A DNA stretch of 64,000 nt from a phage, in the sequence record MZ956761.1; one strand, given 5' to 3'. The translations under genes were made by a program, and so were the position numbers. The notes beneath the pieces are model-generated. The model saw only the letters and a list, made by a program, of their open reading frames with translations. It was not told the origin of the DNA and searched no databases. Below, in pieces: positions 46,249 to 56,223 of this stretch (positions are counted from its first letter, which is position 1; every line of letters begins with the position of its first letter).

Positions 46249-47933
46249 AGAATTTTAAACTAAACCGAGTTAGGTATCAAAATATAATGTCAGTAGGTGG
46301 AAATCCTATTGACATTCAACTAGATAAGGTTCAAAAAACTCTTATTACTGGACGAAATGGCGGTGGTAAGTCTACTATGTTAGAAGCCATCACATTTGGG
46401 CTTTTTGGCAAGCCATTTCGTGATGTAAAGAAAGGTCAATTAATAAACAGCACAAATAAGAAAGAACTTTTAGTTGAACTGTGGATGGAATATGATGAGA
46501 AAAAGTACTATATCAAAAGAGGACAAAAACCAAACGTTTTCGAAATCACCGTTAACGGTACACGTCTTAATGAATCTGCCAGCAGTAAAGATTTCCAAGC
46601 AGAATTTGAACAGCTTATCGGAATGTCATATGCCAGTTTCAAGCAGATTGTTGTCCTTGGTACAGCAGGGTATACCCCTTTCATGGGTTTGTCGACCCCT
46701 GCACGAAGAAAGCTTGTGGAAGACCTGCTCGAGGTAGGAACATTAGCTGAAATGGATAAGCTTAATAAAGCACTAATACGTGAATTAAATTCACAAAACC
46801 AAGTGCTTGATGTTAAAAAAGATAGTATTATCCAACAAATTAAAATATATAATGATAACGTTGAACGCCAGAAAAAATTAACTGGTGATAACCTTACTCG
46901 TCTACAGAATATGTATGATGATTTGGCAAAAGAAGCTAGAACGTTAAAATCGGAAATAGAAGAAGCTAATGAAAGATTAGTTAATATTGTTTTGGATGAA
47001 GACCCGACTGATGCATTTAATAAAATCGGTCAAGAAGCATTTTTAATTAAATCAAAAATTGACTCGTATAATAAAGTCATTAATATGTATCACGAAGGTG
47101 GATTATGTCCAACCTGTTTGTCACAATTAAGTTCCGGTGATAAAGTTGTTTCTAAAATTAAAGATAAAGTTTCTGAATGCACGCATTCGTTTGAACAGCT
47201 TTCAACNCNNCNNGNNNNNNNNNNAGTATNTCGTTNNTNANTNNNGNGATNNTNNNAANNNCNANNNGTNNGTTGCTTGCNNNTNNTNTGTNNCNNTNNA
47301 AANCANTNNNTNNNCACGACTGTAGATAAAGCTAAAANAGTTAAAGCAGCTATAGAANAAGCATCATCTGAGTTTATTGNCCATGCTGATNAAATNGCNC
47401 TGCTTNAAGANGAACTTGATAAAATTGTTAAGNCAAANACTAATTTNNTAATGGAAAAATNCCACNGAGGAATTTTGACTGATATGCTCAAAGATTCTGG
47501 TATTAANGGTGCTATTATTAAAAAGTACATTCCATTATTTAATAAGCAGATTAACCATTATCTTAAAATAATGGAAGCGGATTATGTGTTTACATTAGAT
47601 GAAGAATTTAATGAGACAATTAAATCCCGTGGTCGTGAAGATTTTAGTTATGCTTCATTCAGTCAAGGCGAAAAAGCACGAATTGATATTGCTCTTCTAT
47701 TTACTTGGCGTGATATTGCTGAAAAAGTTTCAGGTGTTAAAATAAACACACTAATTCTCGATGAAGTTTTTGATTCAGCAACTGATGTTGAAGGTGTAAA
47801 AGCTATTTCAACTATTTTAGATAGTTTAAAAAATACTAATGTTTTTGTTATTTCACATAGAGACCACGACCCGCAAGCATATGGTCAGCATCTTCAAATG
47901 AAGAAAGTTGGTCGATTTACTGTAATGGTTTAA
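46245..47933 (+). CDS. 46: Recombination ATPase subunit gp46 (Rad50/SbcC-like)
   Basis: 562 aa; Walker A GRNGGGKST, central coiled coil, C-terminal signature region; interior partly masked by n. Confidence 0.9.
   Translation: MKNFKLNRVRYQNIMSVGGNPIDIQLDKVQKTLITGRNGGGKSTMLEAITFGLFGKPFRDVKKGQLINSTNKKELLVELWMEYDEKKYYIKRGQKPNVFEITVNGTRLNESASSKDFQAEFEQLIGMSYASFKQIVVLGTAGYTPFMGLSTPARRKLVEDLLEVGTLAEMDKLNKALIRELNSQNQVLDVKKDSIIQQIKIYNDNVERQKKLTGDNLTRLQNMYDDLAKEARTLKSEIEEANERLVNIVLDEDPTDAFNKIGQEAFLIKSKIDSYNKVINMYHEGGLCPTCLSQLSSGDKVVSKIKDKVSECTHSFEQLSXXXXXXXVXRXXXXXXXXXXXXXCLXXXCXXXXXXXXTTVDKAKXVKAAIEXASSEFIXHADXXXLLXXELDKIVKXXTNXXMEKXHXGILTDMLKDSGIXGAIIKKYIPLFNKQINHYLKIMEADYVFTLDEEFNETIKSRGREDFSYASFSQGEKARIDIALLFTWRDIAEKVSGVKINTLILDEVFDSATDVEGVKAISTILDSLKNTNVFVISHRDHDPQAYGQHLQMKKVGRFTVMV
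47207..47466. other. Stretch of partly ambiguous bases (n) inside gene 46
   Basis: n interleaved with called bases; translation gives X runs. Confidence 0.9.
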
Positions 47934-47988
47934 TTTATAAGAGATTATGCTTTAATTTATTAGAGTATAATCTCTATGGAGGAAAAAC

Positions 47989-48177
47989 ATGGAATATTCA
48001 ACTGGACAGCATCTATTAACTATTCCTGAAATAAAACGATATATTCTGAGAAATAATTTTTCTAATGAAGAGCATATAGTTACTGAATCTATGCTTAAGA
48101 ATGCATTTAAAGCAGAATATACAAAAATAATGTCCAATAGAAATGAAGCTTGGACTGTTACTGATTATTATGACTAA
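47989..48177 (+). CDS. Hypothetical protein
   Basis: 62 aa; RBS GGAGGAAAA. Confidence 0.4.
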   Translation: MEYSTGQHLLTIPEIKRYILRNNFSNEEHIVTESMLKNAFKAEYTKIMSNRNEAWTVTDYYD

Positions 48178-48186
48178 AGGTGTATT

Positions 48187-48576
48187 ATGACTAAAATTAC
48201 TGTGAATTATACTGTTGATGTAAAAGATATTCAGCCAAAACACGTGCGTTCTGAATCAAATCCACAAAACCAAAATAAAATTCGTCGAGCATGGGTTTTG
48301 TCTCTTTCTGATAACGCGATGGAAGTTATTCAGAGCAAAATTAAATCTGCACCTGCTCGTCATGCGTATTATGAAGCTATCGATCGTGAAGTAAGTAATA
48401 AATGGATTGAACTAATGCGCAAACATACGACAGAATCTTTAAATGCTGGTGCTAAATTTATTATGACTTCATGCGGTGAACGCCTTGAAGACGATTATTG
48501 TGGTAATGCAGATGAACGCCTAATTGTTGCTGCTCAAATTGTTGCGGAAACAATTGCTGCCGATTTTAATCGTTAA
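48187..48576 (+). CDS. rpbA: RNA polymerase binding protein RpbA
   Basis: 129 aa between genes 46 and 45. Confidence 0.7.
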   Translation: MTKITVNYTVDVKDIQPKHVRSESNPQNQNKIRRAWVLSLSDNAMEVIQSKIKSAPARHAYYEAIDREVSNKWIELMRKHTTESLNAGAKFIMTSCGERLEDDYCGNADERLIVAAQIVAETIAADFNR

Positions 48577-48631
48577 TTGCTTTATTAAATTAGTTATAAA
48601 ATTAAATCTCATTTGAATTGAAGGAAATTAC

Positions 48632-49318
48632 ATGAAACTGTCTAAAGATACTACTGCTCTGCTCAAAAATTTCGCTACTATTAACTCTGGCATTATGCTT
48701 AAATCCGGTCAATTTATTATGACTCGTGCAGTTAATGGTACAACTTACGCGGAAGCAAATATTTCTGACGTTATTGATTTTGATGTAGCAATTTACGATT
48801 TGAACGGTTTTCTCGGTATTCTGTCCCTAGTTAATGACGATGCAGAAATTTCCCAGTCAGAAGATGGAAATATTAAAATTGCTGATGCTCGTTCAACAAT
48901 TTTTTGGCCAGCAGCCGATCCGAGTACAGTAGTTGCTCCTAATAAACCAATTCCATTCCCGGTAGCATCTGTTGTTACTGAAATTAAAGCTGAAGACCTT
49001 CAACAGCTGTTGCGTGTATCTCGCGGTCTGCAGATTGATACAATTGCTATCACAGTAAAAGAAGGTAAAATCATAATTAACGGTTTTAATAAAGTAGAAG
49101 ATTCTGCTTTGACCCGCGTTAAATATTCTTTGACTCTTGGTGATTATGATGGTGAAAATACATTTAATTTCATTATCAATATGGCAAATATGAAAATGCA
49201 ACCAGGAAATTATAAACTTCTGCTCTGGGCAAAAGGTAAACAAGGTGCTGCTAAATTTGAAGGTGAACACGCAAATTATGTAGTAGCTCTTGAAGCTGAT
49301 TCTACCCACGATTTTTAA
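48632..49318 (+). CDS. 45: Sliding clamp gp45
   Basis: 228 aa MKLSKDTTALLKNFATINSGIMLK; recognised T4 gp45. Confidence 0.9.
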   Translation: MKLSKDTTALLKNFATINSGIMLKSGQFIMTRAVNGTTYAEANISDVIDFDVAIYDLNGFLGILSLVNDDAEISQSEDGNIKIADARSTIFWPAADPSTVVAPNKPIPFPVASVVTEIKAEDLQQLLRVSRGLQIDTIAITVKEGKIIINGFNKVEDSALTRVKYSLTLGDYDGENTFNFIINMANMKMQPGNYKLLLWAKGKQGAAKFEGEHANYVVALEADSTHDF

Positions 49319-49322
49319 TAGA

Positions 49323-49340
49323 GGGCTTCGGCCCTTTATA
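49323..49340 (+). terminator. UUCG-tetraloop hairpin terminator
   Basis: gggc-ttcg-gccc after gene 45 stop. Confidence 0.55.
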
Positions 49341-49369
49341 ATTTACACTAAAACTTGAATGAGGAAATT

Positions 49370-50329
49370 ATGATTACCGTAAATGAAAAAGAACACATTC
49401 TTGAACAGAAATATCGTCCATCTACTATCGATGAATGTATTCTTCCCGCCTTTGATAAAGAAACCTTTAAATCTATTACAAGTAAAGGTAAGATTCCACA
49501 TATTATTCTTCATTCTCCTTCTCCAGGAACAGGTAAAACAACTGTAGCAAAAGCATTGTGTCATGATGTAAATGCTGATATGATGTTTGTGAATGGATCA
49601 GATTGTAAAATTGATTTTGTTCGTGGTCCTTTGACTAATTTTGCCAGCGCCGCTTCATTTGATGGTCGTCAAAAAGTAATCGTTATTGATGAATTTGACC
49701 GTTCAGGGCTAGCAGAGTCTCAGCGACATCTTCGTTCCTTTATGGAAGCTTATAGTTCAAACTGTAGTATTATTATTACTGCTAACAATATTGATGGTAT
49801 TATTAAACCGCTTCAGTCGCGCTGTCGAGTTATTACATTCGGTCAACCGACTGATGAAGATAAAATTGAAATGATGAAGCAGATGATTCGTCGATTGACT
49901 GAAATCTGCAAGCATGAAGGAATTGCTATAGCTGATATGAAAGTTGTAGCAGCTTTGGTTAAAAAGAATTTTCCTGATTTTCGTAAAACTATTGGTGAGC
50001 TCGATAGTTATTCATCTAAAGGTGTTTTGGATGCTGGTATTTTATCACTGGTTACTAACGATCGTGGTGCTATTGATGATGTTCTTGAGTCTCTCAAAAA
50101 TAAAGATGTTAAACAGCTCAGAGCTTTAGCGCCAAAATATGCAGCTGATTATTCGTGGTTCGTAGGTAAACTTGCCGAAGAAATTTATACACGCGTAACT
50201 CCGCAAAGTATTATTCGTATGTATGAAATTGTTGGTGAAAATAACCAGTATCATGGAATTGCGGCTAATACGGAATTACATTTAGCATATCTTTTCATTC
50301 AATTAGCATGCGAAATGCAGTGGAAGTGA
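49370..50329 (+). CDS. 44: Clamp loader large subunit gp44
   Basis: 319 aa from ATG 49370; AAA+ Walker [11 protein letters not shown], Walker B VIVIDEFD. Confidence 0.9.
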   Translation: MITVNEKEHILEQKYRPSTIDECILPAFDKETFKSITSKGKIPHIILHSPSPGTGKTTVAKALCHDVNADMMFVNGSDCKIDFVRGPLTNFASAASFDGRQKVIVIDEFDRSGLAESQRHLRSFMEAYSSNCSIIITANNIDGIIKPLQSRCRVITFGQPTDEDKIEMMKQMIRRLTEICKHEGIAIADMKVVAALVKKNFPDFRKTIGELDSYSSKGVLDAGILSLVTNDRGAIDDVLESLKNKDVKQLRALAPKYAADYSWFVGKLAEEIYTRVTPQSIIRMYEIVGENNQYHGIAANTELHLAYLFIQLACEMQWK

Positions 50330-50330
50330 T

Positions 50331-50894
50331 ATGAGCTTATTTGAAGATGATATTCAATTAAACGAGCATCAAGTTGCTTGGTATTCAAAAGATTGGACAG
50401 CTGTCCAATCTGCTGCTGATTCTTTTAAGGAAAAAGCTGAAAATGAATTTTTTGAAATAATTGGAGCTATTAATAATAAAACTAAATGCTCTATTGCTCA
50501 AAAAGATTATTCAAAATACATGGTTGAGAATGCATTATCACAATTTCCTGAATGCATGCCAGCTGTATATGCTATGAATTTAATTGGATCAGGTTTAAGC
50601 GATGAAGCACATTTTAATTATCTGATGGCTGCTGTTCCTCGGGGTAAAAGATATGGTAAATGGGCAAAACTGGTCGAAGATTCTACCGAAGTATTGATTA
50701 TTAAGTTACTTGCTAAGCGGTATCAAGTTAATACAAATGATGCAATTAACTATAAATCAATTCTTACTAAAAATGGAAAACTTCCTTTAGTATTAAAAGA
50801 ACTAAAAGGTTTAGTCACGGATGATTTTTTAAAAGAAGTGACTAAGAACGTAAAAGAACAGAAACAACTCAAAAAACTAGCATTGGAATGGTAA
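50331..50894 (+). CDS. 62: Clamp loader small subunit gp62
   Basis: 187 aa directly after gene 44. Confidence 0.85.
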   Translation: MSLFEDDIQLNEHQVAWYSKDWTAVQSAADSFKEKAENEFFEIIGAINNKTKCSIAQKDYSKYMVENALSQFPECMPAVYAMNLIGSGLSDEAHFNYLMAAVPRGKRYGKWAKLVEDSTEVLIIKLLAKRYQVNTNDAINYKSILTKNGKLPLVLKELKGLVTDDFLKEVTKNVKEQKQLKKLALEW

Positions 50895-50895
50895 A

Positions 50896-51264
50896 ATGAT
50901 TGAAATTACTCTTAAAAAACCTGAAGATTTTCTGAAAGTAAAAGAAACTTTGACTCGTATGGGAATTGCTAATAATAAAGATAAAGTTCTGTATCAGTCC
51001 TGCCACATTCTTCAGAAAAAAGGACTATACTATATCGTTCATTTTAAAGAAATGCTTCGTATGGATGGCCGTCAGGTTGAAATGACAGAAGAAGATGAAG
51101 TTCGTCGTGATTCGATTGCGTGGCTGTTAGAAGATTGGGGACTGATTGAAATCGTTCCTGGTCAAAGAACTTTTATGAAAGATTTAACCAATAACTTCCG
51201 AGTTATTTCTTTTAAACAAAAACATGAGTGGAAACTCGTTCCTAAATATACGATTGGTAATTAA
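50896..51264 (+). CDS. regA: Translational repressor RegA
   Basis: 122 aa between 62 and 43. Confidence 0.85.
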   Translation: MIEITLKKPEDFLKVKETLTRMGIANNKDKVLYQSCHILQKKGLYYIVHFKEMLRMDGRQVEMTEEDEVRRDSIAWLLEDWGLIEIVPGQRTFMKDLTNNFRVISFKQKHEWKLVPKYTIGN

Positions 51265-51265
51265 T

Positions 51266-51487
51266 ATGACTGCTATAACTCCACAAGAATACATGGCGTC
51301 TCTTAAAGAAAAATATAATCTTTCTGCAACAGAAACACTTTTTGATTTACCAGAAAACCTCCAACTAAAATTTCAGGTAGAATTTCAAAAATTAGTTCAC
51401 CCAGAACAAAAACACTTTACCGCAGTGGTTAAGTCAATTAATGCAGATGGATTAACAATTTTTCACCGACAACTGGTATTAATTTAA
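51266..51487 (+). CDS. Hypothetical protein
   Basis: 73 aa from ATG 51266. Confidence 0.45.
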   Translation: MTAITPQEYMASLKEKYNLSATETLFDLPENLQLKFQVEFQKLVHPEQKHFTAVVKSINADGLTIFHRQLVLI

Positions 51488-51491
51488 GCAA

Positions 51492-51511
51492 GGGGCTTCG
51501 GCCCCTTATTT
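51492..51511 (+). terminator. UUCG-tetraloop hairpin terminator
   Basis: ggggc-ttcg-gcccc plus ttattt. Confidence 0.6.
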
Positions 51512-51565
51512 GGAGTATAATATATCAAGAGCCTAATAACTCGGGCTATAAACTAAGGAATATCT

Positions 51566-54262
51566 ATGAAAGAATTTTATATCTCTATCGAAACAGTCGG
51601 AAATAACATTGTTGAGCGTTATATTGATGAAAATGGAAAGGAACGTACTCGTGAAGTAGAATATCTTCCGACTATGTTTAGGCATTGTAAGGAAGAGTCA
51701 AAATACAAAGACATTTATGGTAAAAACTGTGCTCCTCAAAAATTTCCATCAATGAAAGATGCACGAGACTGGATGAAGCGAATGGAAGACATCGGTCTCG
51801 AAGCTCTCGGTATGAACGATTTTAAACTCGCTTATATCAGTGATACATATGGTTCAGAAATTGTTTATGACCGAAAATTTGTTCGTGTAGCTAACTGTGA
51901 CATTGAGGTTACTGGTGATAAATTTCCTGACCCAATGAAAGCAGAATATGAAATTGATGCTATCACTCATTATGATTCAATTGACGACCGTTTTTACGTC
52001 TTTGATTTGTTGAATTCAATGTACGGTTCAGTATCAAAATGGGACGCAAAGTTAGCTGCTAAGCTTGACTGTGAAGGTGGTGATGAAGTTCCTCAAGAAA
52101 TTCTTGACCGAGTAATTTATATGCCATTTGATAATGAGCGTGATATGCTCATGGAATATATTAATCTCTGGGAACAGAAACGACCTGCTATTTTTACTGG
52201 TTGGAATATTGAGGGATTTGACGTTCCGTATATCATGAATCGCGTTAAAATGGTTCTCGGCGAACGTAGTATGAAACGCTTCTCTCCAATCGGTCGAGTA
52301 AAATCTAAACTAATTCAAAATATGTACGGTAGCAAAGAAATTTATTCTATTGATGGCGTATCTATTCTTGATTATTTAGATTTATACAAGAAGTTTGCAT
52401 TTACTAATTTGCCATCGTTCTCTTTGGAATCAGTTGCTCAACATGAAACCAAAAAAGGTAAATTGCCGTACGATGGTCCTATTAATAAACTTCGTGAGAC
52501 TAATCATCAACGATACATTAGTTATAACATCATTGACGTAGAATCAGTTCAAGCAATTGATAAAATTCGTGGGTTTATCGATCTAGTTTTAAGTATGTCT
52601 TATTACGCTAAAATGCCTTTTTCTGGTGTAATGAGTCCTATTAAAACTTGGGATGCTATTATTTTTAACTCACTGAAAGGTGAACATAAGGTTATTCCTC
52701 AACAAGGTTCGCACGTTAAACAGAGTTTTCCAGGTGCATTTGTGTTTGAACCTAAACCGATTGCTCGTCGATACATTATGAGTTTTGACTTGACGTCTCT
52801 GTATCCTAGCATTATTCGTCAGGTTAACATTAGTCCTGAGACTATTCGCGGGCAGTTTAAAGTTCATCCAATTCATGAATATATCGCAGGAACAGCTCCT
52901 AAGCCAAGTGATGAATATTCTTGCTCTCCGAATGGATGGATGTATGATAAGCACCAAGAAGGTATCATTCCAAAGGAAATCGCTAAAGTATTTTTCCAGC
53001 GTAAAGATTGGAAAAAGAAAATGTTCGCGGAAGAAATGAATGCCGAAGCTATTAAAAAGATTATTATGAAAGGTGCAGGGTCTTGCTCAACTAAACCAGA
53101 AGTTGAACGATATGTTAAGTTCAGTGATGATTTCTTAAACGAATTATCGAATTACACCGAATCTGTTCTTAACAGTCTGATTGAAGAATGTGAAAAAGCG
53201 GCTACACTTGCTAACACAAATCAGCTGAACCGTAAAATTCTTATTAACAGTCTTTATGGTGCTCTTGGTAATATTCATTTCCGCTACTATGATTTGCGAA
53301 ATGCTACTGCTATCACAATTTTCGGTCAAGTTGGTATTCAGTGGATTGCTCGTAAAATTAATGAATATCTGAATAAAGTATGTGGAACTAATGGTGAAGA
53401 TTTCATCGCAGCAGGTGATACTGATTCGGTATATGTTTGTGTAGATAAAGTAATTGAAAAAGTAGGTCTTGACCGCTTTAAAGAACAAAATGATTTAGTT
53501 GAATTCATGAATCAGTTTGGTAAGAAAAAGATGGAACCTATGATTGATGTTGCATATCGTGAGTTATGTGATTATATGAATAACCGCGAGCATCTGATGC
53601 ATATGGACCGTGAAGCTATTTCTTGCCCTCCGCTTGGTTCAAAGGGTGTTGGTGGATTTTGGAAAGCGAAAAAACGTTATGCTCTGAACGTTTATGATAT
53701 GGAAGATAAGCGATTTGCTGAACCGCATCTAAAAATCATGGGTATGGAAACTCAGCAGAGTTCAACACCAAAAGCAGTACAAGAAGCTCTCGAAGAAAGT
53801 ATTCGTCGTATTCTTCAGGAAGGTGAAGAGTCTGTCCAAGAATACTACAAGAACTTTGAGAAAGAATATCGTCAACTTGATTATAAAGTTATTGCTGAAG
53901 TAAAAACTGCGAACGATATAGCGAAATATGATGATAAAGGTTGGCCAGGATTTAAATGTCCGTTCCATATTCGTGGGGTGCTAACTTATCGTCGAGCTGT
54001 TAGTGGTTTAGGTGTAGCTCCAATTTTGGATGGAAATAAAGTAATGGTTCTTCCATTACGTGAAGGAAATCCATTTGGTGACAAGTGCATTGCTTGGCCG
54101 TCGGGCACAGAACTTCCAAAAGAAATTCGTTCTGACGTACTGTCTTGGATTGACTACTCAACTTTGTTCCAAAAATCGTTTGTTAAACCGCTTGCGGGCA
54201 TGTGTGAATCGGCTGGTATGGACTATGAAGAAAAAGCTTCGTTAGACTTCCTGTTTGGCTGA
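51566..54262 (+). CDS. 43: DNA polymerase gp43 (family B)
   Basis: 898 aa; exonuclease and polymerase motifs incl. YGDTDS. Confidence 0.95.
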   Translation: MKEFYISIETVGNNIVERYIDENGKERTREVEYLPTMFRHCKEESKYKDIYGKNCAPQKFPSMKDARDWMKRMEDIGLEALGMNDFKLAYISDTYGSEIVYDRKFVRVANCDIEVTGDKFPDPMKAEYEIDAITHYDSIDDRFYVFDLLNSMYGSVSKWDAKLAAKLDCEGGDEVPQEILDRVIYMPFDNERDMLMEYINLWEQKRPAIFTGWNIEGFDVPYIMNRVKMVLGERSMKRFSPIGRVKSKLIQNMYGSKEIYSIDGVSILDYLDLYKKFAFTNLPSFSLESVAQHETKKGKLPYDGPINKLRETNHQRYISYNIIDVESVQAIDKIRGFIDLVLSMSYYAKMPFSGVMSPIKTWDAIIFNSLKGEHKVIPQQGSHVKQSFPGAFVFEPKPIARRYIMSFDLTSLYPSIIRQVNISPETIRGQFKVHPIHEYIAGTAPKPSDEYSCSPNGWMYDKHQEGIIPKEIAKVFFQRKDWKKKMFAEEMNAEAIKKIIMKGAGSCSTKPEVERYVKFSDDFLNELSNYTESVLNSLIEECEKAATLANTNQLNRKILINSLYGALGNIHFRYYDLRNATAITIFGQVGIQWIARKINEYLNKVCGTNGEDFIAAGDTDSVYVCVDKVIEKVGLDRFKEQNDLVEFMNQFGKKKMEPMIDVAYRELCDYMNNREHLMHMDREAISCPPLGSKGVGGFWKAKKRYALNVYDMEDKRFAEPHLKIMGMETQQSSTPKAVQEALEESIRRILQEGEESVQEYYKNFEKEYRQLDYKVIAEVKTANDIAKYDDKGWPGFKCPFHIRGVLTYRRAVSGLGVAPILDGNKVMVLPLREGNPFGDKCIAWPSGTELPKEIRSDVLSWIDYSTLFQKSFVKPLAGMCESAGMDYEEKASLDFLFG

Positions 54263-54275
54263 TAGAATAAATCTA

Positions 54276-54296
54276 GGGACCTCCGGGTCCCTTTTT
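54276..54296 (+). terminator. Rho-independent terminator
   Basis: gggacc-tccg-ggtccc plus TTTTT. Confidence 0.75.
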
Positions 54297-54377
54297 CATA
54301 CAAGTAATATAAATCTATACTTATGAAAAACAGATGATTCTGGACCTTTAGAATTCCCCAAAAAATTTTCACAAAAC

Positions 54378-54407
54378 TGTTTACAAGACTGTTCTTCCAT
54401 GGTACTA
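54378..54407 (+). promoter_or_regulatory. Early promoter (GTTTAC-N18-TACTAT)
   Basis: GTTTAC 54378-54383, TACTAT 54402-54407. Confidence 0.55.
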
Positions 54408-54442
54408 TACAACTATCAACTAATACGGATTTGGAGAATAAA

Positions 54443-54679
54443 ATGAAAATTGTTATGGGATGCTTAGCAGTTTGTTTAGTTGCATTAGCAGCTGTTCCAT
54501 TTATTGATATTGAAAATGATACTCAGAATGTGATTGAATCTAATACTGTTATTCACATGAATGGTAAAGTATCAACAAAAATTGATGATAATCTTCATAT
54601 GAATACTAATGGAACGCTGGGTGTTCAATTAGGTAATACCTGTGTAAGCACTACTGGAGTAATTACTACTTGTATTTGA
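54443..54679 (+). CDS. Small secreted or membrane-anchored protein
   Basis: 78 aa from ATG 54443 (RBS GGAGAATAAA); hydrophobic N-terminus. Confidence 0.45.
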   Translation: MKIVMGCLAVCLVALAAVPFIDIENDTQNVIESNTVIHMNGKVSTKIDDNLHMNTNGTLGVQLGNTCVSTTGVITTCI

Positions 54680-54689
54680 GGAAATTATT

Positions 54690-55070
54690 ATGAAAATCGC
54701 TATTTTGGTTATTGCATTAGGTCTTACTGGTTGTGTAGCTCAAGGACCGGTAGTAAATCAGTCTGATGTAGGAAAAATTGTAAACTGTTCAAGCAAATTT
54801 TATAATCCTAATGTCAAGTGTTATAAAGAAGCTCCAAAACAGACAGTAGAACAAATGCAGGCGAATTTTGACGAAGCTATTCGTCCAGATGAATCTGCTC
54901 AAGCATATCGTAATTCGGATGTAATTACACGCGAAGAAAAAATTGAAAACTACTGCGCTGAACTTTGGGCTAATTGGGCTAATAATTACCAATGGCGTAC
55001 TGGTAAAAATGCTCCGATGGAGTATGTAGTGAATTCTTATAATTCATGTGTAAAAAATTTGACTAAGTGA
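54690..55070 (+). CDS. Putative lipoprotein
   Basis: 126 aa; signal peptide with lipobox LTGC. Confidence 0.5.
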   Translation: MKIAILVIALGLTGCVAQGPVVNQSDVGKIVNCSSKFYNPNVKCYKEAPKQTVEQMQANFDEAIRPDESAQAYRNSDVITREEKIENYCAELWANWANNYQWRTGKNAPMEYVVNSYNSCVKNLTK

Positions 55071-55077
55071 GGAAAAC

Positions 55078-55329
55078 ATGGAAACTTTAGTAGCAGGTTC
55101 AATTTTTATGGTTTTAGTTTCAGGTGTGTTGGCTATTATTATATACATGCTTCCATGGTTTATCGCCTTGATGCGTGGGTCAAAATCGACAGTAGGAATC
55201 TTTTTCACATCTTTACTGTTTAACTGGTCAATTATTGGTTGGTTTATTACATTTATTTGGTCAATTGCGGGTGAAACTAAAAAGTCTGCACAACCAAATC
55301 AGGTAATTATCATCAGAGAGAAGGAATGA
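55078..55329 (+). CDS. imm: Superinfection immunity protein Imm
   Basis: 83 aa two-helix membrane protein between 43 and 42. Confidence 0.7.
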   Translation: METLVAGSIFMVLVSGVLAIIIYMLPWFIALMRGSKSTVGIFFTSLLFNWSIIGWFITFIWSIAGETKKSAQPNQVIIIREKE

Positions 55330-55475
55330 AAAGCAAAATTATAGCAGTGTTGCTTTTAATCTTGATGATTATAATAAGTATATACTATAGTGTAACGGTT
55401 CCTCTTATGATTCCAACTATTATTTTAGGTTGGGGTTTATTACTGTTACAAGTTAAATATGAATGTATCAATTGA
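55326..55475 (+). CDS. Small membrane protein (49 aa)
   Basis: ATGA overlap with imm; not in track. Confidence 0.3.
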   Translation: MKSKIIAVLLLILMIIISIYYSVTVPLMIPTIILGWGLLLLQVKYECIN

Positions 55476-55482
55476 GGTTTAA

Positions 55483-56223
55483 ATGATTAGTGACTCTATG
55501 ACAGTTGAAGAAATCCGTCTTCATTTGGGGCTTGCATTAAAAGAAAAAGATTTCGTAGTTGATAAAACCGGTGTTAAAACTATTGAAATTATTGGTGCAT
55601 CATTTGTAGCAGATGAACCGTTTATTTTTGGCGCTCTTAATGATGAATACATTCAACGTGAACTTGAATGGTATAAATCTAAAAGTTTGTTTGTTAAAGA
55701 TATTCCGGGTGAAACACCGAAGATTTGGCAGCAGGTAGCATCTTCTAAAGGCGAAATTAACTCGAATTATGGTTGGGCCATCTGGTCAGAAGATAACTAT
55801 GCCCAGTATGATATGTGTTTAGCTGAACTTGGTCAAAATCCTGATTCTCGGCGTGGTATCATGATTTATACTCGTCCATCCATGCAATTTGACTATAATA
55901 AAGATGGTATGTCAGATTTCATGTGCACGAATACAGTACAGTACCTGATTCGTGATAAGAAAGTTAATGCAGTAGTAAGCATGCGTTCAAATGACGTGGT
56001 CTTCGGATTCCGTAATGATTATGCATGGCAAAAATACGTACTAGATAAATTAGTATCTGATTTGAATGCAGGTGATTCAACTCGTCAGTATAAAGCAGGT
56101 TCTATTATATGGAATGTTGGAAGTCTTCATGTATATTCTCGTCATTTTTACTTGGTTGATCATTGGTGGAATACTGGCGAAACTCATATTGTGAAAAAAG
56201 ATTATAAAGGTGAGTGGAAATGA
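55483..56223 (+). CDS. 42: dCMP hydroxymethylase gp42
   Basis: 246 aa thymidylate-synthase-like fold; position before the glucosyltransferase locus. Confidence 0.9.
   Translation: MISDSMTVEEIRLHLGLALKEKDFVVDKTGVKTIEIIGASFVADEPFIFGALNDEYIQRELEWYKSKSLFVKDIPGETPKIWQQVASSKGEINSNYGWAIWSEDNYAQYDMCLAELGQNPDSRRGIMIYTRPSMQFDYNKDGMSDFMCTNTVQYLIRDKKVNAVVSMRSNDVVFGFRNDYAWQKYVLDKLVSDLNAGDSTRQYKAGSIIWNVGSLHVYSRHFYLVDHWWNTGETHIVKKDYKGEWK

Noticed and set aside
47090-47530. Track ORFs 47090-47530 (-) and 47137-47325 (+) full of X
   Set aside because: Artefacts of the n-masked region inside gene 46
52670-53968. Minus-strand track ORFs inside gene 43
   Set aside because: Antisense to the DNA polymerase frame, no RBS or promoter, typical AT-rich spurious ORFs
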